A DNA stretch of 63,526 bases, taken from Octopus bimaculoides. Its lineage: Eukaryota. The stretch's first letter is position 1. Every line of letters starts with the position of its first letter. This document shows, one piece after another, positions 37,562 to 50,624 of this stretch. The stretch covers positions 143,806,786-143,870,311 of the forward strand of contig NC_068982.1 of assembly GCF_001194135.2 (NCBI RefSeq), written 5' to 3'. The position numbers and the translations under genes were made by a program. The notes under the pieces were generated by a model. The model searched no databases, had not been told where the DNA came from, and was given only the letters and a program-made list of their open reading frames with translations.

Positions 37562-37907
37562 TTAGACTACAAACGAGCCACATGTGTCTACGACTGGGAC
37601 TAAAATATGTTGGTTTTCTCCGTTTCCATCAAGAAAGTTCTTTAATAGGTCAGCATGAGAAATTGCAACTTCAAACACCACTAGAGATATTAAGTTTGTA
37701 ATGTGGGCCATATTGCAACGCTTTTCCAATTTCTTTTCTATTTCCTGTTTCATACTGTTGTTGTCGTAATTGTTGTTGTTTCTGCTGCTGTCATCACCGC
37801 CGCCGTGTTGTTTTACAGTTATTTGATCACGTGAATTGCAATATATATCTCTTGAACTTCCGTTCGGTACATTAACTTCTATTTCAGCAATGTGCTTTCT
37901 ATCATTC
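37562..37907 (-). CDS. Candidate terminal coding exon of an unidentified gene
   Basis: Open frame NDRKHIAEIEV...HGGGDDSSRNNNNYDNNSMKQEIEKKLEKRC...GSFVV* with in-frame GGC/AGC/AAC runs. Possible acceptor cattctag with ACTGAT branch-like site. No homolog recognised. Confidence 0.35.
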
Positions 37908-37998
37908 CTAGAATGTCGCAAACATCAGTAAAGTCTAATAAAGAAAGATCTGTGTGTTATCCCCGGTAACGAATATCTGTAATGTTGGAAATAATTAC

Positions 37999-38062
37999 CC
38001 ATGATTGCTGCCGTGGTTACATCCCTAAGGAGTCGTTCATAAAAAGAAAGAGCTGTGTAAGA
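37999..38062 (-). CDS. Candidate internal exon SYTALSFYERLLRDVTTAAIM
   Basis: Acceptor ttgtatttctccag, donor atgg|gtaatt; only one frame is open. Confidence 0.3.
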
Positions 38063-38747
38063 CTGGAGAAATACAATTACCCTCGAGCTTACAACGTTCT
38101 TAGACAAAAGGTTGGATAAATAAATGGATGAATATGTATATAAATAAAGAGTGAAAGTAAGACAGATAAAGAAGAAAGAAACGCCACACTTCAAACAATA
38201 TTCTTTTGTACACAATGTATTTAATCTTGTCGCTAATGATTGTTGTAAGCCACTGTAGACAGGAAATGGTTTCAAGTAACAACGGTCACACACGCACGCA
38301 CACACACACACACGCCGCTTAAAATCTCTCTATTGTTCCATTTCATGCTTCCATGCAAATATAGCAGACCAATTCGCATTAAAAAGTAATGTCCAGCGAA
38401 GATCGGACATTACTTTTTAATATTGCTATTTAGCCATAATCAAGTAAACCTATAATCAAAGATATTCCAATGGTGGTCATCTTGTCTTTTTATTTCTCAG
38501 ATATAGTGGAACCTCGACTACTTTTATCCCATATTTCCTTTCTTTTTCTCTTTTCTCTTTTCTTTTCTTTTTCTTAAACAGTAAGATATGATTTGAGAGA
38601 AATTTAGCTTCTATTTCTAGCAGGTTGAGCAACTATGAAGAGGCTTTTCCGTTGAATCATCGTTTCTAATGTAGTGGTGGAAGATCACGATAAACAAATG
38701 CGGTTTCTTATAGCTTTCTCCAAGTACTTGCGAGGATTTGAGTTCAG

Positions 38748-38826
<79 letters not shown>

Positions 38827-39274
38827 ATTGTATATTCATTATAAGATTTATAATAGGTATAAAGGCCCGTCAGTTTTACTATACACTTTCCGCCTGCAAC
38901 AATTAACTGCATTTACATGTCATCTATTTAAAGATTGTTAGACAGAGCCATTTAGAGACGACTGAGTTAGTTAAAAAGTTTCGATTTCGATGAAAAACCT
39001 CTCCAAGACCCAGAGTCCTATTTAAATCTTCTAATGTCTACGTACGATGCAGGTGACTAATTAACCAACCCAACCCAACCCCTCAAATTAACAGAGACAC
39101 GTAATCACTTAACGAAAGGCAAAACGGAATGTTTGTGGCTGCAGATTCTTGGAGATACTAATTCATTGGCGCCCAGCATACTGGCTTCACGAAATAAAAC
39201 GTATGGAAGGTGAAACTCACCTTAAACGGAACACCGTTACTGGATGAATCGACTCGATCATTTCATCTACATAC

Positions 39275-39384
39275 TTGTATTTCCTTCATTCCAAAAGAGC
39301 TCAACTCCTGGTGGAATGGAAGGAAAGTGACGCTGTCGTTTCGTACGGTGTCTTGGATAACTAAACTTGGTAGAGGCCATCCTT
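39275..39384 (-). CDS. Candidate internal exon GWPLPSLVIQDTVRNDSVTFLPFHQELSSFGMKEIQ
   Basis: Pyrimidine tract ttatccctttcttttttc before AG, donor caa|gtatgt, locally higher GC. Ends in phase 0, compatible with the segment starting at 38062. Confidence 0.35.
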
Positions 39385-39414
39385 CTTCAAGTTTGACCGA
39401 AAAAAGAAAGGGAT

Positions 39415-39560
39415 AAATCTAGTACCGGACTGATACGTTAATGGCCCCGAATGTATAAAAGGCAAAGTTCACCTCAGTGGAAAGTGAACTCAAGATGCAG
39501 AGGGCCGAAACGATTATAGCAAGGCATTTTACAATAGCACTGCTAACTCACCGTCTTATC
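39415..39560 (-). mobile_element. SINE family A, degenerate
   Basis: ccccgaatgtataaaaggcaaagttcacctcagtggaaagtgaactcaag. Confidence 0.7.
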
Positions 39561-39583
39561 ATTACTACTACGATACATCAAGG

Positions 39584-39644
<61 letters not shown>

Positions 39645-42600
39645 TGATGTAAACCAGTTGGATCCTCAAAACTTTCCCTGATCATACTTAGGAGAGAACG
39701 GCTGCAAGCTTATGTGTGACACACACACATGTATACATGCATAACAAACCTACGCTATTTAAATTCAGAACGTAAAGACGGACGAAATGCTGCCGGGAAT
39801 CGAACTCATGACTACGATTACGATCCGAATAGTCTGACCACTAAGCCATGCCCCTTCACTCAGGAAGACATTACATTGAACTAAAAGAATAACAATTATA
39901 TTCTTCTTTCGTTTTTTTCTTCACTATAAAATTCTAGTTCACCTGTTTTGTTAGCCATCCAATTCTTGTAAACAATTTTCAGCTGAACATAATCAAAAGT
40001 CAATTTATATTGGATTTGACATATTAAAAGGCAATTGAATTANNNNNNNNNNNNNNNNNNNNNNNNNNNNNNNNNNNNNNNNNNNNNNNNNNNNNNNNNN
40101 NNNNNNNNNNNNNNNNNNNNNNNNNNNNNNNNNNNNNNNNNNNNNNNNNNNNNNNNNNNNNNNNNNNNNNNNNNNNNNNNNNNNNNNNNNNNNNNNNNNN
40201 NNNNNNNNNNNNNNNNNNNNNNNNNNNNNNNNNNNNNNNNNNNNNNNNNNNNNNNNNNNNNNNNNNNNNNNNNNNNNNNNNNNNNNNNNNNNNNNNNNNN
40301 NNNNNNNNNNNNNNNNNNNNNNNNNNNNNNNNNNNNNNNNNNNNNNNNNNNNNNNNNNNNNNNNNNNNNNNNNNNNNNNNNNNNNNNNNNNNNNNNNNNN
40401 NNNNNNNNNNNNNNNNNNNNNNNNNNNNNNNNNNNNNNNNNNNNNNNNNNNNNNNNNNNNNNNNNNNNNNNNNNNNNNNNNNNNNNNNNNNNNNNNNNNN
40501 NNNNNNNNNNNNNNNNNNNNNNNNNNNNNNNNNNNNNNNNNNNNNNNNNNNNNNNNNNNNNNNNNNNNNNNNNNNNNNNNNNNNNNNNNNNNNNNNNNNN
40601 NNNNNNNNNNNNNNNNNNNNNNNNNNNNNNNNNNNNNNNNNNNNNNNNNNNNNNNNNNNNNNNNNNNNNNNNNNNNNNNNNNNNNNNNNNNNNNNNNNNN
40701 NNNNNNNNNNNNNNNNNNNNNNNNNNNNNNNNNNNNNNNNNNNNNNNNNNNNNNNNNNNNNNNNNNNNNNNNNNNNNNNNNNNNNNNNNNNNNNNNNNNN
40801 NNNNNNNNNNNNNNNNNNNNNNNNNNNNNNNNNNNNNNNNNNNNNNNNNNNNNNNNNNNNNNNNNNNNNNNNNNNNNNNNNNNNNNNNNATAAAAATAAC
40901 CACGAAGTTACAGATCGCAGTGCTGAACAACAAACCAAATTGATGTGCCATCCGTAAACTGGTAATACTGAATTCAAATTCTAATAAGAACTAAAGCTTG
41001 AAAACAGATGAAGAATATGAAAATTTCCTCTTCAAATGACAGGACTTCATCCAAAATGATATAAGTAAACATCTGAAAGAGTTTATAGTACCTTACTCAA
41101 TGGTTGACAATAATTTGATTTAGTGAAAATGTGCAACAGAACTGTTCAGATAATTTCCATCAAATTTACTATCAATATTTATAATTTCACTTAAAAGGCA
41201 GGTTACAAAAATAAAGAACAAAGTAATATCAGCATTGAAATCTTTAGTGAATTTAAATCCTGAAGGAATTCAGAATATCAATAAGACAATTGAATCACTA
41301 GATTTTCCATTATAACAATTCAATGTTTAGTTGTTTAAATCCATCTCGGTCCTGATCAAGAAGACCTGATCTAATGTTCAATTTGTGGTTAAAAACACAT
41401 TTTTAGGCATAATATATATACTTTTTTAAGGTGGTCGAGATTTGGCTGCTATTTCCTGTTGTTTAAGGTACTGCATAGACTTTGGAAACATTGCATCATC
41501 TTCAGTACGTCAAAGTAAAAAAAGCTGTAGTTACTTTGGTGGGATACCAAAGTTTGAAAAATGATTTTTCCTTTAAAATATGCAGAAGTTTACATTTTGG
41601 TATCACATTAAAAGGTTAAAGCCTTAAATACAACTTCTGCCTGCCCGACTTGGCAATGATCAGCCCAATATCGGCTTGCCCAATATGAACCGTATGGGGC
41701 CTTTGAGAACATGAACTCGTGTTTTTTAGGGAGATGATGATTGGTAATATTGGAACACCTCAAACGTGAATAAATGTCCGAGGAATGTCTTTTGAGGTAT
41801 ATGTAATGAAAGTTTTATACCCAAGGATCCATCATAATTGTGGACAATATTTATTGTCCGCAATCAAGATTATACATTGGCATTTAAAAGACACACAAGG
41901 GAGACCTGGAGAACTAGCAAAAGACAGAGTGAGCCTCACGGAGCAAAGATGCCATGACAAAAGCAGATAACAAAAAGGAATTGCTTTCACCTCTTTCAGT
42001 AAAAAAAAGGATAAGTCTGTCAATCGGGTGATCAAGTACTTAATATAAGAAATGGCGCCTCGGCAAGACAATGAAATAATGAGAAGGCGGATATTTGTAG
42101 TCTGGTATACCTTCATGGTCTCTACGACTCATTCTTTGGGTGGGTAATTGTATATTCCTCATAAATTTTAAAACACTTTCCAAAATTAATAGAGTTATTT
42201 AATGCATTTAAACTTTTGTATTGAAACTTTGGTTGTTAAGAAACTTGGATGAACTGAGAGTGTAGTCTTTATATTTCATGTATATAATATATAAATACTG
42301 ATATCTCATTTGATCAGCTTTTTCTTCTAAGAATTTTCAATTACCTTTAAAATAACCGGCCATAAACATCGCATCTTATAGAGATATAATAATTGAAAAT
42401 ATGATTGCAGGCCTTCTGACAGCAAATAACACTAAATATCTACAAAATAGACCATCAACTCAAAAGTTGAAACAGTTTGAATATTGTCATCTCGAAAAGA
42501 CCGTGTAATTCTTCTTCAACTTACATACCCCGTAGTGGGCTATCTTTATCCACTCTAGATGAAGCGTTAATTTAGGACTTTACTTGTAAACTATTAGAAA

Positions 42601-43669
42601 GTAAATTTCTACCCCAGTTTGAAATGGAGCACTCCACTACTTTGAATACAAGGAGTAAATATGGCTGCATGGTTAAGAAAGTCGCTTCGTATGCATGCAG
42701 TTCTGGGTTCTGTTTTGTACTTTAGCTTGAAATTGACCACTATTTTGTGGTTGATAATTGGTAGAGGGAAACTCCGTATGGTGGTGGCGGGGGATATTAT
42801 GGCGATGTACATCAGCGAAGGATACATTGACAAGACAAGCGAATACCCATTATTTTACGAAACGCTGCATCGGATTACAAAACTGTCATTCTCGCCGTCT
42901 GAAAATGACTGAACCAGGGATTTGTTTGTTATAAATGATGTTACTGTTTACCAATTTTGCTGTAAAATAAAACTTACTGTAACAGAATGAAAAACCTATA
43001 ATTGAAAATGCTTTCTGGATTCACGACTCCAACGTAAATGAAGATATCCTGACTAATTAGAGGAGGATGTACATAAACATGACGCTTATACACTCATCAC
43101 GAATATCGAATCTATACCTTCATGAATACAGAACTCTGCGGTTTATGGGTCATAAAATTTGAAACACATTGTAAACGATAAACCAAGATGATAAGATTGG
43201 TAATGGTCCTCGGTTCCATAGCCAAGAACAGGCGAGACGATCCCGACCCTTTTTGGGTAAGAAACCAGTCCGTCGTAGATATAACTCAAAGAAAATTTGA
43301 AGCGATAAAACTAACAGAATTTTTTTTTTAATCTTAAAGTCGGTTTCAGTACTGTTTATTTTAATTCAATTGCATAACGTTGTAAATATAATATATTTAC
43401 TAATATATTTAACTTTACACTCCAATTACACACATAGAATAAAGTGTTCTGGTTAAACATTACAAAGTGTTAGTAGCAAACACAAACTCTCCATTCCTAC
43501 ATTTTTCATATCTTTCTTTTAATGGATTTTTTTTTTTTACTTTCTTCATTTTTTACTTTGTTGTGTTATTATTCAATTTTCATTGGTTCTTTATTTTAAT
43601 CTAAATATCTATAGCTGGTCTGTTTTGTTTCAACAATGTTAACGCTTACTTGTTTTTGATCCTATCAAG

Positions 43670-43711
43670 GTGCCGTGCAGAAGAGGAATATAATCACAGC
43701 TAATCTGAAAA
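43670..43711 (+). CDS. Candidate 42-nt phase 1-1 microexon (AVQKRNIITANLK)
   Basis: Acceptor cttacttgtttttgatcctatcaag after T-rich sequence, donor aaaa|gtaagt; one open frame. Confidence 0.25.
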
Positions 43712-44324
43712 GTAAGTTAATTTTTAATACACATTAAACAACATTTCCAAGCCAATTTATAATTCCAGTGAATAAATAAGGCAAGTGAAAGAAATAACTA
43801 AGTTCGTCAAATATCTCTTCAATCACATTAGCTAATTAAAAACAAAACAAAATTCAGATGAATTCTTTTGCTAACGGATGTATTCATGTAGTATTTTTTC
43901 CTGCATTAAAACGAAATCTTCGCATGATAAAGAAATCTCCCCAGTACATTTGTCTCATTTTAAAAAAGAATTTCAAGTAACTGTTTCTTTTAACTCGCCG
44001 ATTGCTTGGCACTTCCATTTCTTTGTTCCATCCGCTTCCTACGCCTATCACTTCTAGAGTGGGCCTCTTGTGTGGTCGTTGAATTTGTTAGAAGTAGCAG
44101 TTAACTCTATCTCAGCACATACCCTACTGTCTTAAAGGACATATTCGATAATGAGTTTGAGACGCCTTATTTTTTTCTGGGTGGCGAGAGAGAAAAAAAA
44201 AAGAAAAATGAAGTTTGAATATATTTTTATCACGGGTGTGCTCGATCAGGAGCTGACCGGTTGCTAAGTAACGTACTGTCCAATCCTTAAATTTTGGAAC
44301 TCCTAGAATCTAGATGTCAGAATC

Positions 44325-44915
44325 ATTAGCACGTTGGACAAAACGCTTAACAGCATTTCTTCCGATTCATTACGTTTTAAGTTGAAATCCAGAAAAAATA
44401 AAGTACCAGTCAAGTAATGGAGTCTGTGTAATCGACTAACGCCGCCTCCAAAAAAAAAACGAAAAAAAGAAAAGAAAAACTGCTAGTCTTGTGCCAAAAC
44501 TTGAAACGAAGGTTGTGAGTTGGCAGAATCGTTGACACGCTGGACAAAATGCTTGGCTGCATTTCGTCTGTTCTGAGTTAAGATTACACTGAGGTCGATG
44601 AAATAAGTATCAACTGAACACTGAGGTCGATATGAGACTAATCCCCTCTCGCAAAATTTCAGGCCTTGTGCCTATGATAGAAAGGATTATTGTAGTAAAG
44701 GCGGTGAGCTGGTAGAATCGTTCAAAATGCTAAGCGGCATTTCTTCCGGTTCTTTACCTTCTCAGCTTAAATCCCACCGAGGTCAACTTTGCCTTTCATC
44801 CTTTTGGAGGTCGATAAGGTACCTGTAATGGAGTACATCGAGGTCGATAAAGTCTATTAACCAACCCACTTACCCCTAAAAAATTGCTGACTTTGTACTA
44901 AAATCTGAAGCAACT
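44325..44915 (+). mobile_element. Three tandem SINE family A copies
   Basis: Heads at about 44325, 44511 and 44697 (e.g. aaggcggtgagctggtagaatcg), each ending cttgtgcc/ctttgtact..aaa. Confidence 0.85.
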
Positions 44916-44954
44916 ATTATTATAGTAATAATGATAAAAAAAATTAGCCTAGAT

Positions 44955-45560
44955 ACAAGGTTACATTTTTTTCGCCAGACGTATAATCATTTTAATCAGC
45001 CGACAGAACTTGGCTGGTAATTTTGTTTTTTATCGATTCCGGAAGGCAAAGGCATCCTCGGAATCATTAGAATACATAATCTAAAGATGTGACTAAATGC
45101 AGAAAGGCGTTGTGCCCAACGCTCTTTAGATTTTTAATACACCACCACCCTGCAATGGTTATTAATAATTGTTTCTCGCATTGGCAGAAGACCAGGAATT
45201 TAGGTGAAGAGGTTAGTCGATTAAACTAACCCAGTATTTGACTAGTGTATCATTTTATCCACCTCAGGATAAGGAAATGCAAAACTAACCTCGGGATTTG
45301 AACAGAAACTGTAAAGATCCAGGAGAGATAATGCCTGTTGGTATCGAACGCGCTAACGATTTTACTAATACAATGCCTTAAATTTAGGCAAAAGGTTAGC
45401 AATTTTCAGTGAAGAGGTAAGTCGAGGAAATCAACCCTAGTATTTATTTTACCGATCCCTAAAGGATGAAAGACAAAGTTTACTTCGGTGGGATTTGAAC
45501 TTAGAGCCAGAAGAAATACTGCAACGTACTTCTCCCGACACTCTACTGATTCTACCAATC
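44955..45560 (-). mobile_element. Three tandem antisense SINE family A copies
   Basis: Starts at about 44955, 45175 and 45375 with reverse-complement tails; e.g. aaaggatgaaagacaaagtttacttcggtgggatttgaacttagagcc. Confidence 0.8.
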
Positions 45561-46864
45561 CATATTTCTAACATTGCTATTAATAATAATCCACTTATCT
45601 GTACAATCTATTCATGCATAGAAAGAAATATAGTTTGTTTGTCAGAAAGTTTGAACATAGAGAGAGCTTAATGCATTTTGATCTTCTTAATCGGATCAGT
45701 TCAATGTAATGAATTATACATTGATTACAAGAGAAAGTGGGGTGAAGAATGGTGAATCACAAAATTCTTTCATGAATTTGCTTCAGCCTTATAGAATGGT
45801 TGTTTTATTATCATGATATTTGTTTTTCAGTTTTATTCAAATATACTTTAATATAAAAGGCCTTAAAATTCTTGAAAATGAAGCGTAATTTTACTCCCTT
45901 GCTACCTCAAAGTAATTATTCGAAATATTTGCATTAATCAAGTAAACTGCTTTTTCCAGACAAATAATTTTTCAGATTCTTCAAGAAACCGTATGAAATT
46001 AATGCTTTTCGTAGGCATAAGGCCAATTTGTATAAAGTTGGAGGAGTAGTTAACAGCTTCTCTCACAGTATATTATTCGCCCGACCTGTTAGCTAACAAA
46101 TCTCCCTCAGATCACACATTATCATCTTAAAGGAAAGACATTTTGAATGAAGTAGTTTAGGTAGATAAGATATGATGGCCACAGTTGAAACTCCTTTGGT
46201 TAAAAGTCTGCATACATTTTCTTTTGATTGAAAAGGGTAACATCAAATAGTCGACTCCAGCAGAATTTAAACTCAAGCTATAAGGCTAGAGGAATTTTTC
46301 AACTAAATGCGATAAAGTACCCATTTCTATGTACTACAATTTTTACTAACTCCAACTAACTATATCAGATATTAAAAAGTGAAGGAGAAAATGCTAAAAT
46401 GAGAGAATGAAAAACAATACAATTAACTGAACCGAATTATTGTAATGATTTTATCAGATAAAATATCTTTGCATTAATTATCTTCTCAAAAGTTTCTCCG
46501 CTGTGTTTTGTGTTTCATTCTATATGCATTCCATTATCATAAACAAGATAAAAAATTAGGTATTGTTAATATTTTAACACACACACGCATATATATAGCG
46601 CGATACTTCATAAAATACCACCGGATGTACATAATATATATACCAGATTAATAATAGTTTCTTGGATATTAATGGCGTTTGTTATTTATAGGGGGTAATA
46701 AATGAGGTTGTGTGAAATTCGTACCATTTTTTTTAACAAGGGCAAATAGACGTATGTTAAGACATGATTTTTAATCGTAAGTTGAAACGAGATCCCCGTC
46801 TCAACCTGTCAGAATCATAGATTATAATTTTCAGGATTTAGCATAATTCTATGTTATAAGGATT

Positions 46865-47050
46865 TTAAATTTTGGCACAAGGCAAGTAAGTTCGTGGGAG
46901 GGGATAAGGATTATATCGACCCCATAACTCAACTGAAATGATGAAAGTTAAAGTCAACCTCGGCGGAATTTGGACGTAGGACGTAAAGACGGACGAAAGG
47001 TCGTTAAGTATTTTGTCCGGCTTGCTAACTATTCTACCAATTCGTCGCTT
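46865..47050 (-). mobile_element. SINE family A
   Basis: aaattttggcacaaggc...aaagtcaacctcggcggaatttggacgtaggacgtaaagacggacgaa. Confidence 0.85.
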
Positions 47051-47834
47051 TCATAATTCGATGTAATATTGGTTTCATTTTTTTCTTCTTTTTTTTTTTT
47101 GATACAAAGCTTTAATTTTGGTGAGATTGCTTGTCATAATTGAGCAGACTTATGATCAGTGACATAGAAGCTGTGACCATACTATTTTTCCCCCGATAGC
47201 GTATCTTGGGCTTCGATATCCAATATGTCGTTTCTGTTTTTTTAGTGTAATCTGGGAGATTTGACGACTGTTTCTTGAGAATCGAACAAACATATAGAGT
47301 CTCCCTCACTAGCTCTATTCCAGACTTGCAAAAGTGTGTGTGCATATGTGTGCATGGAAAAAGCTATTTTGCGATGCCTTTCTCAAATCCCTTGGCGATG
47401 TAGGATTCAGTTCACGAAGAAATTGTCTTCGCTGTTGTACTCGCCTCAATGGGAATGATATATAGAACAAAAGATATATAGTTGACACTGTGTGATATTC
47501 TTGTTTCTATGAGAAAAAAATGATTGTTTTTTATCATAAGAATTGAATGGATGGCAATTTTTCTAATGAGTAATGAAAAGGCGCCAAGTAAGACAATAGT
47601 TTCATCTTGCTTGCTTCTGATTTCAATTTATTTCAATTTTTACTTTTATTTTGGGGTCGATAAAATATATAACAGAAATATGTTGAGTGGGTGAAGGCGT
47701 TTAAGCAATTATATCCATTCCCTTATAAAAACATGAGTTGTGACGCGTCAAAAGAAATCGACATCTGGTATCGAGGAAAAAAAACTTTTCAAAATTAATA
47801 TTAAGAAATTATTGATCTTATATCTGTAAAAGGT

Positions 47835-47869
<35 letters not shown>

Positions 47870-48013
47870 ACATGCACACACATGCACAAAAGAGAGGATG
47901 AGGTAAAATCTGAAATGCAAAGAAACATGATGACAACAATTAATCAATAAGGAAAATCGATAAGTTCATTTTGCTGTTAAGAGTGTAGAGTTTAAAATTC
48001 CGAGCCTTTCTCT

Positions 48014-48065
<52 letters not shown>

Positions 48066-49392
48066 GAGAGAGAGAGATAGAGGGGGAGAAAGGAAGGCAA
48101 GATGGTGCTATCATTATTACTAAAGGCAATTTATTTGCCTGCAGCTCAGGCAACAACGCTATTTGCTGTGTGGCAAAAAACTGAAGGTCAAACCCTCATA
48201 CGGGGTGCAGTCGATTAAAATGCTTAATTTATTGTTTTTGTTTTATATATATTTTTCATCATAACGATCTATACAGCCTGGTTTATATTTCATGTTTTCA
48301 TAGCGTTCAGCAGATGAGATTCACACTCTATGTAGAAAATCGGTCTGTGATGCCTATATACGGGTTGGTGTACTGAACATTTGGGGGTAAAGTGCTCTGG
48401 TAACGGACACAATAAAGTAACTAGGACAAGATACGAATCGCTGATCTCTTGAATGGTTGTCCGTGATCCCATCTACCCGAACATCTACTCTACTATTGAG
48501 TTGAACCTAGTACAAAAAAAAAACTCAGTTAACTATAATGTATATCACTACATCTAAACCAAGTTGTTTCATCTCTTCTGCTCTTCACATCACTCTACAA
48601 CTCTACTCTAGTTCTTTATACATTCCTCGTATGTTTTCTTTAGACCATTAACTTCAGAAGTTCGAAATGTGTATTAACTTTAACTTATTGTAAATGTTCA
48701 TATCTCTCAGCCAGTTTAGAATGGTTTGAAAATTCGATGTCTACAATACTTCACCCGTACACTCAATTGTTAAAAATTGAGAAAAAATTCACATGTTTAG
48801 TGCATAGTGAAATAAAACATATTCTATATCAACGTATGTTGCGCGTTTTTTTTTTTTATATTTTGGGGCGCGCAATACAAATTATCAATAAGGATTTATC
48901 ACATTAGTCAGTACAAAACTAGAATTTCAAGAAGCAAGTACTTACATTATAGTTACTACCTATAGATATGAGGGGAATAATGAAAAACAAAAAATAGAAA
49001 AGCAGAGATTAGTGAGATTTGAGCGGAGAAATGAGGGAAACGGAACTAAATTCCGAGAAGTATCTACACTGGCGCTCTATCGTTTCTGCAGCATGCTACA
49101 TTTTTTATTTTTTTTTGCCTAAAAAAACAATTATTCTCTGCTGAAGAGAATTCTATGCGATAGAGCAATAACTAGTTTCTACCCTACTCAACTTATACGA
49201 TCAGTTCTCACCGGGCATGTTTGAAATCAACTGTGTTTTTCTCACGCTACACATTTAATCTTGGTTTATCATTTTAATATTCCATTCATAAACTATGTTA
49301 CAAATTATTTAGCACGCAGGACTCGTCTCAGAATTATTAAATTTCGAAACAATTCTTCTGTTTTCTACGTCGAAAAATATGCATTCCTGTAT

Positions 49393-49750
49393 AGTCTCAG
49401 GCATGGCTATGTGGTAAGAAGTTTGCTTTCTAACCACTTGATCCCGGGTACCTTGGACAAGTGTTTTCTATTATAGCCTCGAGCCAACCGAAACCTTGTG
49501 AGTGGATTTCCGAGAAAATAAAAGAAGCCTATCGTATATGTTTATATGTATATATGTGTCTGTGTTTGTCTCTCACCACCGCTTGACAACCGATGTTTGT
49601 TTATTTACGTTCGACAAAAGAGACCAATAGAATAAGTACCAGGCTTTAAAGAAAATAAGTACTGAGATTAATTTGTTTGACTAAACGCTTCAAAGCTGTG
49701 CTTCAGTATGACCGCAGTCCAGTGAGTGAAAGAAGTAAAATATACAAGAT
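49393..49750 (+). mobile_element. SINE family B
   Basis: gcatggctatgtggtaagaagtttgc...aagtaccaggctttaaag...gaccgcagtccagtgagtgaaagaagtaaaa. Confidence 0.85.
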
Positions 49751-50405
49751 ATGGCGATTACTAAACTTCTGTTGATGAGGTTCAATCAAATAAAATCATG
49801 TTCAGACTTGTCTTCCGTACTTATTGAATGAAAATTTTAAAAAAACCTTTTGCCGCATACTTAATACCACTTCAGTTGTTTTTTAATGTCTTATGCACTA
49901 AATATTTCTCACCCGTTGCTTTTCGTAACAGACATGTATTTTGCCTCACTCAACTGACTATCCCAGCACTACCAACTTTTAGTCTCATGCCGATGATATC
50001 ATTCTAAACTGCAGACAATGATTCGGCAAGTCAGTGGTATTCAGTAAACAATTAGGCATTGCTTGAATATATTAACATTACTTGTAATATATTATTTTCG
50101 TGAATCCCTCTGAATATATGTATTTTTAACATTTTATTTTCTTTTGTACTGAACAAGCACCCACGAATCTGGGACCTTTAAACAAATATTATCCAATCCT
50201 ACATATGTTTCCACTTGTTTGGTATGTTGATGATACTTGCCTGCTGTATATTTTTTATAACCACACAGATGATTGTTGTTTGGAATATGTTTTATATTAT
50301 AGGAGCCTACTGATAACTATTGTTTACATGTGTGTGTGTGCGTGTGTGTGAAGAGAGAGAGAGAGAGAGAGAGAATGTGAAAGAGATTTTCTTTATGGTT
50401 ATATA

Positions 50406-50622
50406 TCTTTTATCTTTTACTTGTTTTAGTCATTAGGCTGCGGCCATGCTGGGGCACCGCCTTGAAAGATCTTTTAGTTGAATGAATCGACTTCAGTACT
50501 TAATTGTTTAAACTTGTTACTTATTCTATATGCTAAGTTGCTGGGAGGTTAACACACCAACACTGGTTGTCAAGCAGTGGTGGGGGATAAAACAGACAAA
50601 GATACACACACACACACACATG
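50406..50622 (-). mobile_element. SINE family B, 3' half (split by a Penelope insertion)
   Basis: cttttatcttttacttgttttagtcattaggctgcggccatgctggggcaccgccttgaa...acactggttgtcaagcagtggtggggg. Confidence 0.85.
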
Positions 50623-50624
50623 CA

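Noticed and set aside
48090-48115. miR-31-like aggcaagatggtgc; also miR-7-like sequence near 20055
   Set aside because: Several mismatches and no precursor hairpin.
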